A stretch of 64,000 bases of DNA. It comes from a virus. Its lineage: Duplodnaviria; Caudoviricetes. A model generated the notes under the pieces. It saw only the letters and a list, made by a program, of their open reading frames with translations. It ran no database searches and had not been told where the DNA came from. The position numbers and the translations under genes are program-made. The DNA is taken from the IMG/VR virus record IMGVR_UViG_3300020576_006124, positions 64,001 through 128,000 of that record, one strand, 5' to 3'. This document shows, piece by piece, positions 59,201 through 64,000 of the stretch (position 1 is its first letter; each line of letters starts with the position of its first letter).

Positions 59201-60455
59201 TATTATCCTCTTCTGGGAATACATTTGAGATGTTGTTAGCCAAAAAATTCTCAGGCACAGAGAAGGTCTCAGATGAGAATTCCCCATCTCCATTTACAAA
59301 GTTCCATTCTTTAACCTTATTCCACTCGATAAGGCCCAGGTATCCTGGAAACTTGGTGTTGTCCTCCCCAAAAAAGTCCTGCCACTCTAGCTGAGAGTTT
59401 AATTTAATTAAAAAGGATTTGGGGATTCCTGTTATTTTTTTTATTCTTGTGACTCTAGACCTTTCTCCATCTATCACATCTAACAGGTTCTCATAAACTA
59501 TTGTCCTTTCTCCTATGTTTCTAGGAGCGGACTCAGAGGCTAAGAATTTATTATAATCTTTTTCTGTAGAGGGAAACAATTCAAAGATGTCTTTTCCATC
59601 TTCGTAAGAGAAAGCATTTGGAGAAGATTTCTCACACCAAATTTTGAACAGAGGCCAGCAAATAAGGTCCTCCATGTCAACTAGTCTTCCAAGCTCACCA
59701 ACCTCTGGTGAAAGGTACCAGTCCCAAACGAAAGGCTCTACCACTAGGGTAGTTTCTAGAAGATCGGGACTTCCAGGTACTGTGGTGGTTGTAAAAGACT
59801 TAACTACTACTTCATGATTGGGTATAAATCCCGTTTCGTTCTTATTTCCAAATGGTCCCCCATAGCCCCAAGTTATAGGAAATAGGCTTAGCTGCCGGAT
59901 GACCTGAGACAGCTCATTTTGTATTTGTTCCCCGCTGGATCGAAAAGATATGTTGTAGGAGGCAGCTCTCTGATGGGTCTTCTTAATAACTTTTTGAGAA
60001 GACCTAATCAAATCCACGGTTGGGGCTGGGGAGACAGAGCTTGTACTTACCCCTGTGATAGGACCATGAATATTCGTATACCCAAGTCTTAGAGTTCTAG
60101 ATGCATCGTGTGGAAATGGGATTGGGACAGCTAAGTCGGCCAGATCAATATTTTTTATAGATTCTGTAGATAAATTAAGAATAAGACTGGAGATTCTCTT
60201 TTTATACTTTGTATTAGAATAGGAGGTATCTTCCGTATATTCGACCTCTGTTTTATACAGCCTAGACGTCAGAAAAGAGACATTAGTGATATTGCTCTCT
60301 AAAAGTTTAGGAGCATTCATTACCCTAAGAGCTTTCGCTAAAACCGTTTGTGGGCACTCTAGTGTAAGTCTTTCTTTGTTTGAATCAACAACAAAAATAA
60401 TAACAAAGCCCCTAGAGCTGTCTTGTTCAAACGATTCAATAGTTGCTTTGGGCAT
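53202..60455 (-). CDS. Giant baseplate hub / tail-associated protein (2417 aa)
   Basis: LGPGSRIQIRMGYGSN...LP..F.G.V...VAQGDG.EL, Y.G.L.I.G....KPRD and V.EV.H.L....GFIT resemble a gp27-like hub. It lies between the tape-measure-like gene and the lysozyme. Confidence 0.65.
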   Translation of the reverse strand: MPKATIESFEQDSSRGFVIIFVVDSNKERLTLECPQTVLAKALRVMNAPKLLESNITNVSFLTSRLYKTEVEYTEDTSYSNTKYKKRISSLILNLSTESIKNIDLADLAVPIPFPHDASRTLRLGYTNIHGPITGVSTSSVSPAPTVDLIRSSQKVIKKTHQRAASYNISFRSSGEQIQNELSQVIRQLSLFPITWGYGGPFGNKNETGFIPNHEVVVKSFTTTTVPGSPDLLETTLVVEPFVWDWYLSPEVGELGRLVDMEDLICWPLFKIWCEKSSPNAFSYEDGKDIFELFPSTEKDYNKFLASESAPRNIGERTIVYENLLDVIDGERSRVTRIKKITGIPKSFLIKLNSQLEWQDFFGEDNTKFPGYLGLIEWNKVKEWNFVNGDGEFSSETFSVPENFLANNISNVFPEEDNNTKSLGFLDVYSAAAVPTTSDFPWEKYAVVISLEDQKALTTLRAKISIHLESDRINTSNKDRALLYKEDKVVHRDHRGNIVPEKKYQEELKKNKDLQEDHKEPKEEEKKESRWEPAEPVISVKTVGGKNKDIIIDQIVCVKSHNAPTNYASTLDLPIHQFLGSSSTSIIVKGKCIGVDATRTLEEIQKEFYNQLREKDIKKNSYPDYCYRVKNGLINMYGVNFVIPMGLTKTSVEGHPDLFEFTLEFLEYQPLNSSQEALKPLETTWQNMKKTFDYHSNNGGEDDPLLYKAAEWFNVQANLSKENLYQDMKLPYKSEVYGWVDSLRRILENKPLVPRIDYDVQEYCKEFFNCESSRKGIKTLSEVNLKGLGENDLTFADPDFFIFYNSQQTWESILTKASTLSFGLPTEDKRAKLPDDADKDDYTTVFFDESAETYHILGPEASSVNGKIIGDYWTRMEEPGVGAFPKGKAEIVSQNYKTALKELDSHPERWWSLSPGFSSGDKEYFNLKASEDILNKPFSVDIISAQAIKELSKDDESFFYSLDWRRAMTLSAWASGTLDPTPEVQSNGNFCGPLYSGAENLSSNTRDLEGLKKLRSEINKAFGCNVSLFNVAIAAAKNQYLLNWKFSNPVPYRLVIRFIEDVTQNDSESNKKILSNGSEDDIIQKFDLFLNDTFRLGGTSFLGCTSVLGEIQTKNKDESINNGLFWFGDKFLLDDPAYWHRSNIDFNLACGFLSIRGLRENHDFDLPEGAEDKLGFGSLFQSYFSSYKDYYKLCPSLALGLTHISLTKSWARYREVDKVSMANKETLDKFLEAQENINKAYASKSYSEVVLIVRQLLNKYGLGDVITLYYQQYLKFTKLNGAHMHHAGVQDPFFTPFNPLIYLSASGTKEQTFIKTDHTPNGQKINVEETRNPESIQTSSTVIGDVDVNDLMVNGEIQTGIDTLASTLGKIRSAMSPTTEDSIYGCIQDLRKYGKFNRLVRAFPSYSILVINEGSYWMNGNKKLWDQFYTRGNAAKVEVFKSRLTPTWEATITFSDIFRRSISTSYLENILHENIIERRELLQNIVFNPGLAKDEAASTLKTLVDGFLLKNVPEDIANLWAEQMKKRLLLGPGSRIQIRMGYGSNAASLPVTFTGQVISAESTDGNYFQIVAQGDGAELEKQPAEASVSSSNSYTYTDGGYWGMGKSPANIITEALVGPNLLGAITHGFFRDWSKASTQHFGDVVYTGSGANPRTSTVDFQINIYNSSNTKLEQVISPVTNFMTRNALYNWDDVNYFSISVKEPTTWKIIETCRRACLDFVAAPETFGFRSSLFFGKWWWPYHYEYDDRVLSRFSETLSVKPLAPQVPEKIKNKGVGKIDWSIVNKPVKVPYPGNSNIKVDPSIFVPTGYGMSESTGVQASKQEAGVLPISRVENIAIHDLSDEEYVSFLKSKPYSQFHIAMSGVNLFQGRVKLEGRNIATDAIGIQTHNGWFSSESVTKTNVWSVDNNIEPSDRRTMMVEVGLVTTSLQAPLKGFTDKVLSWLPGPVGDIAQKPTTPAVQNSVIQSLCDTVKNMYDGWLIIDGYSSLKPRDFILYNDAETRLQGPLHVKEVIHSLDPESGFITYISPDLVVLPKSSVIGQELILHAYTGLTSIIGNQLAGLLPYAILKSKISNILRLASGADEISAKDFLILKESDPETYSRLMKEVRKNMSNPAVKDIVDEFDFLIKSKGLTESEFILREHELYSQILDEMHRNILNRVDSRTLRSLSKKNFSKETIEFWTRILGENKELIKEFNKGKLTPETIEKIYTSISSASKIKDVKGTLKLTPWTLRTRLAVTEIGKQVVKDSKSAYNIVKDSVRIKSIISGASEFKNTLKTIKMTKMALSSTPITLALNVTIQIIGNSVFDGINAAFSGMQCVKIIPLRKYKGVPYVAGIKGHQGSVLGEKPGLVNSILDEWFNKTLAGTALSVLTGLEYPSDDNPANQKMRDFLKNEEERFFALERKVQPGSDSSLGD

Positions 60456-61099
60456 TAATACCTCTTTTCCTTTTTGTCAGGTCTGTCCTCAAATTTGTGA
60501 GAACCCTTAAACCTTAAATGGATACCCCTTTGCTTTGTTTTGTCTTTACGATCCGGGATATCGTGTAAGTCGTTTATTTTATTCCCAATAGCTGGGATAG
60601 ATAGTCCCGCTATGGAAATACTCAACCCACTAATAATAGAGTCTTCCCCAAAACTCTCATGGAACTTGGGAGGAACTATTTCATACATTGCGTCTATTCC
60701 TTCTTTTAAAATTCCCTTAGAGAGTATACCACTACTCTTTATAGAAGAGGCTACCACCTTCCCTATATTAGTGGAATACTTTAGCAACAAAGCCGCAGAC
60801 GCTGTTGTAAGTGCGGTGGAACTGCTGGCTCGAAGAATAGAATCTGTCTTGTGGAGGTTATAGTTTAGCAAACTTCCCCCCAGCAACCCGAGGAAGACGT
60901 GGCTCTTGTTAAGAGAAATACCAAATCTCCCACTAGCGAACTCGGCAACACCTGCCACGGTTGCTGCCCAGGCTACCTGTCCATGTATGCTAGGTTTTTT
61001 CTTAGACAGACTGTCCGTGAGCCAAAATAACCCTATGCCCCCTACAAAAAATCCTACTGGAGCATATCTAGATTTCAGCGCGGAAGACAGATCAAACAT
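60455..61099 (-). CDS. Hydrophobic, putative membrane-interacting protein
   Basis: Several Gly/Ala-rich hydrophobic segments and a basic C-terminus. Confidence 0.55.
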   Translation of the reverse strand: MFDLSSALKSRYAPVGFFVGGIGLFWLTDSLSKKKPSIHGQVAWAATVAGVAEFASGRFGISLNKSHVFLGLLGGSLLNYNLHKTDSILRASSSTALTTASAALLLKYSTNIGKVVASSIKSSGILSKGILKEGIDAMYEIVPPKFHESFGEDSIISGLSISIAGLSIPAIGNKINDLHDIPDRKDKTKQRGIHLRFKGSHKFEDRPDKKEKRY

Positions 61100-63996
61100 T
61101 AGTTATATAGGTTCTGTCTCTGTTCTAGAGCATTCTCCTGCTCCACAGTCAGCTGGTTAATATAGTTAGAAATGACGTATGAGTTGCTTATAGTATCATA
61201 AATTGAATTTTTTAAGCCATTCAAATTTTCTCTTGATAGAGTTCCTGATATCTTAAAGTGTACACTAGTGTGTCTGACTTGGGGCACATTATCTCCGTGA
61301 ACATTTTCCTCTCCGTTTCTGGGAGTATAAGGGATCATTACTGATGGGGTTATAGATTGAGAGAGAGTAACTACAGCCGCAAGAGCCGCAGCTTTGGCCA
61401 TGTTTGACTTCTTACCCCCCTGTGCTCCAACACTCTCAATTAAATTATTGATGTCATGAGCTATATCTTCAGCGTTTGTCTCTCTGCTGGCTATTTTATA
61501 ATCTTGAGTTTTTGCTGTAAGATCCAATAATCTCTTAGCTTCTGATGCTTGGGGTGGGATCCCAGCCTCTCTTAAAGATCTTATCTCCTCAAGTCTATCT
61601 CTAACTAATTGACCTAACTTATCTGGAGAGTTTCTACCCCTATTATCCCTAGCATAAATAAGGGCTTCTTCTATCTCCTCTTTTGTGTGCAGCCCTTTGA
61701 TGGAATGGATTTCTTTTTCTATTCCGGCTAGATCAGTTTTTGAGTCTAAATTAGATAGGATAGATAAGGTATCATTACCTTCTTTAGACCTTAGTAAAGA
61801 GCTATAAGAGGAATGGCCTGATAGGCTGTGCAGGATGGTTGGGAGGTCATTCAGCCCCCCTTCAGCGTTATTTAGAGAATCTAACAGCCTCTCGTAAAAA
61901 TCAGTCTCACTGGCTGTTCTCGGGGAAGAGTCTTTTTTCTCTAATAACCCCCCTATAAAAGAGTTGAATAAAGATCCTTCCCCTTTATCCGCGAATGCCT
62001 GCTCTCTAGCACGTACCAGATCAGGAGACTGGTCCACAACTCCTCTAGCTTTAATTAACGACTCAGCTCTTTGGGATGTGTAGTCTGTGGTAGACGTATA
62101 TCTTAACTCAGTTCTCAAGCCTGCTATATCAGAAAAACCATACTTCTCTAGAAATTTAGAGCTGGCAACCCTGTCGAAATCGCCCTCTACTCGGGATCCT
62201 GTAGAGCTAACTATTGAAGCAAATAAAGTCTCCAGAGAAGTCTCTGCAGACACTCCACTTTCCATGTTAATGGACACCCTTTTTTTAGTCTTTCCTAAAG
62301 CTTTGGGTAGACCAGCCTCTTCTAGCGAAGGGTTGAGATCAACGGTAACGCCTAGACCTGGCTGATGGTAGTATCTTCTATCTGGGTTGGCATATGCTTG
62401 TTCCATCATAAAGGCATAAGCAAGACCATATGAGCTAGAGTCAGAAGATTTATATTTTAAATAGTTCATACTCTTACTGCTAAGCACCTCATTAGCAAGA
62501 TCGTATGTAGCCTTTTTACTAGGATCTCTCCAGGAATCCACTAACATATTTCTAGCCATCTCTTCTGCGTGAGAGTCCCCCGGAAAAAGTCTTAAAGCCT
62601 CTTCATTCGAAAGCTCTATATTATCTTTTACTTTTTCTATGACACTAGGCATGTACAAGAGTCCCCTAGTTGCATCATTGTATCCAGAGAAAGAACTAAA
62701 AACAGTATCTACTTTATTTATTTCTCCATCCAGGTTGGCTTTAAAGATAGGAAGAGCGGTAGTGTCTAAATTAAAGGGGTTTATATTGTTTACAATGCGA
62801 AGGGCTCTTTCTGAAACTATGTCGTCCATAGGCCTAGATGTACTGGTCTCTAGAGACTTTAAAAAGGATTGAGTCCCTGCCGGAGTTAAATCTAAATGGA
62901 ACCCGTGACCTCCATCAGACGGAGACATCAAAATTCTATGGTGTCCGCCCATATCTTGAATTCCATTAATCTTAAACCCTCTCCCAGCAAAAGTCCCCCC
63001 AATAATGGAATCATTAAGGAAAAACTCAGTGTTCGAAATGTTTTCTCCCCTAATCAATCCTAATGGATTTTCTTTAATGAAGGATCTTTCTGAGAGGATT
63101 CTTCTAAGGCCAACAGATTCTTCTGGAAGTAAGTGATCTAAAACGTTGGCTGTCTCCGTTGACATAGACAGCGGGTAGCTGTTGTTTGATACAGCTTTTG
63201 TAATTTCTTCTAATTGGGATGAGATGGATGAGCTTTGTCCTGTAACTAGGACTTTCTTGGTGCCTGATGATAGAGTAAATGTTGAGGAGTTTGCATCAAA
63301 AGACAAATTTAACGAGCCTCCCTTTTTAAAGTTCTTTCTTTGAGTCTCAACAGAATTGAACTTCTCATCTGCAAGAAACAATCCTTTATTTGTGGGGTAG
63401 ATGTTGCCTCTTACCTGCGGATATTCTATTTTTGTGGGAGTAAAGGTCCCAGTAGCTTCATTTTTAACAACAGTTGCTCTTGGATCTGAGGGGTCTACAA
63501 TAATCTTCGGATTAGAGTCAGCTACTTCCTTGCTCTTGGATATTAAAGCTTTTATTTCGGAGCCTTCTAAGTCTAAGGTTTTTAGGTCTTCTAGCTGAGA
63601 GGCTTTTAGGAAGATTCTTTCCTGCCCTGCAAAAAGAGATCTAAGATCATTGTTCCTATTGTAGTTTGTGTGGGCAAAGGCTAAGACCAGATTAGTGTCT
63701 ACACCTAATATGGCTTCCGGAGAGTCTATAGAGAACCTTTCAAGTTCTGATACTCTCCCTAAACTGTATCTGCTAACTGATCCCGTTTTGGTAGATCCTA
63801 CTACTCTTCCTGCTATCATCCACCCCAGCTCATTCTTTGCTCTACTTAGTTGTTCGTAGACCTTCGAGGAGGAGCCCAAAGCCCCTGTAGGATCATAGGC
63901 TGTGAACATATATTTTAGTTGCGCGTAAGATACTTTAGAGTTACCAAGAAAATGGGTTGTTAGATTGTCCCTTTCTTGGGCTGTCAGATCCCCCAT
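61099..63996 (-). CDS. Large tape-measure-like / ejected virion protein (may extend beyond the window)
   Basis: At least 965 aa, with a helical C-terminal third and hydrophobic AKAAALAAVVTL; upstream of the hub. Confidence 0.45.
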   Translation of the reverse strand: MGDLTAQERDNLTTHFLGNSKVSYAQLKYMFTAYDPTGALGSSSKVYEQLSRAKNELGWMIAGRVVGSTKTGSVSRYSLGRVSELERFSIDSPEAILGVDTNLVLAFAHTNYNRNNDLRSLFAGQERIFLKASQLEDLKTLDLEGSEIKALISKSKEVADSNPKIIVDPSDPRATVVKNEATGTFTPTKIEYPQVRGNIYPTNKGLFLADEKFNSVETQRKNFKKGGSLNLSFDANSSTFTLSSGTKKVLVTGQSSSISSQLEEITKAVSNNSYPLSMSTETANVLDHLLPEESVGLRRILSERSFIKENPLGLIRGENISNTEFFLNDSIIGGTFAGRGFKINGIQDMGGHHRILMSPSDGGHGFHLDLTPAGTQSFLKSLETSTSRPMDDIVSERALRIVNNINPFNLDTTALPIFKANLDGEINKVDTVFSSFSGYNDATRGLLYMPSVIEKVKDNIELSNEEALRLFPGDSHAEEMARNMLVDSWRDPSKKATYDLANEVLSSKSMNYLKYKSSDSSSYGLAYAFMMEQAYANPDRRYYHQPGLGVTVDLNPSLEEAGLPKALGKTKKRVSINMESGVSAETSLETLFASIVSSTGSRVEGDFDRVASSKFLEKYGFSDIAGLRTELRYTSTTDYTSQRAESLIKARGVVDQSPDLVRAREQAFADKGEGSLFNSFIGGLLEKKDSSPRTASETDFYERLLDSLNNAEGGLNDLPTILHSLSGHSSYSSLLRSKEGNDTLSILSNLDSKTDLAGIEKEIHSIKGLHTKEEIEEALIYARDNRGRNSPDKLGQLVRDRLEEIRSLREAGIPPQASEAKRLLDLTAKTQDYKIASRETNAEDIAHDINNLIESVGAQGGKKSNMAKAAALAAVVTLSQSITPSVMIPYTPRNGEENVHGDNVPQVRHTSVHFKISGTLSRENLNGLKNSIYDTISNSYVISNYINQLTVEQENALEQRQNLYN

Positions 63997-64000
63997 TACT

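Noticed and set aside
26849-63859. Numerous short + strand ORFs in the track opposite the structural genes (e.g. 41398, 50271, 60540)
   Set aside because: They lie wholly antisense to long, motif-bearing genes and read as shadow frames.

Overview
This is a 64 kb, very gene-dense segment of a large contractile-tailed dsDNA phage (myovirus-like). It uses the standard genetic code, has almost no intergenic DNA, and shows no obvious Shine-Dalgarno motifs. Two blocks converge at about 19,480. The + strand block (1-19.5 kb) covers replication, recombination and nucleotide metabolism: family-4 UDG, an SbcC/Rad50 ATPase split into two genes around SbcD/Mre11, a family A DNA polymerase, RecA, SSB, a Rad52/Sak-like annealase and dUTPase. 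It also holds a class Ia ribonucleotide reductase whose NrdA is fractured by a split intein around a free-standing HNH gene and whose NrdB carries a LAGLIDADG intein, plus tRNA-Gly(TCC), an acyl-CoA thioesterase and a HicA-like gene. The - strand block (19.5-64 kb) is a long tail/baseplate operon: tape-measure-like protein, a 2417-aa hub-like protein, GH108 lysozyme, gp25-like, baseplate J and fibre proteins, with RuvC and GroEL embedded in it. Its distal end carries host-like genes: a tandem double-domain GroES, a RemA/DUF370 homologue, an NMP-kinase-like gene, a Ycf45/SpoIIIAA-type ATPase and a truncated sigma-like factor. The most notable items are the GroEL plus Cpn20-like double GroES pair, the split-intein NrdA, the Rad50 split at its zinc hook, the phage RemA/Ycf45/sigma cluster and an amber-interrupted gene missing from the ORF track. 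All family calls come from motif recognition by eye; no searches were run.
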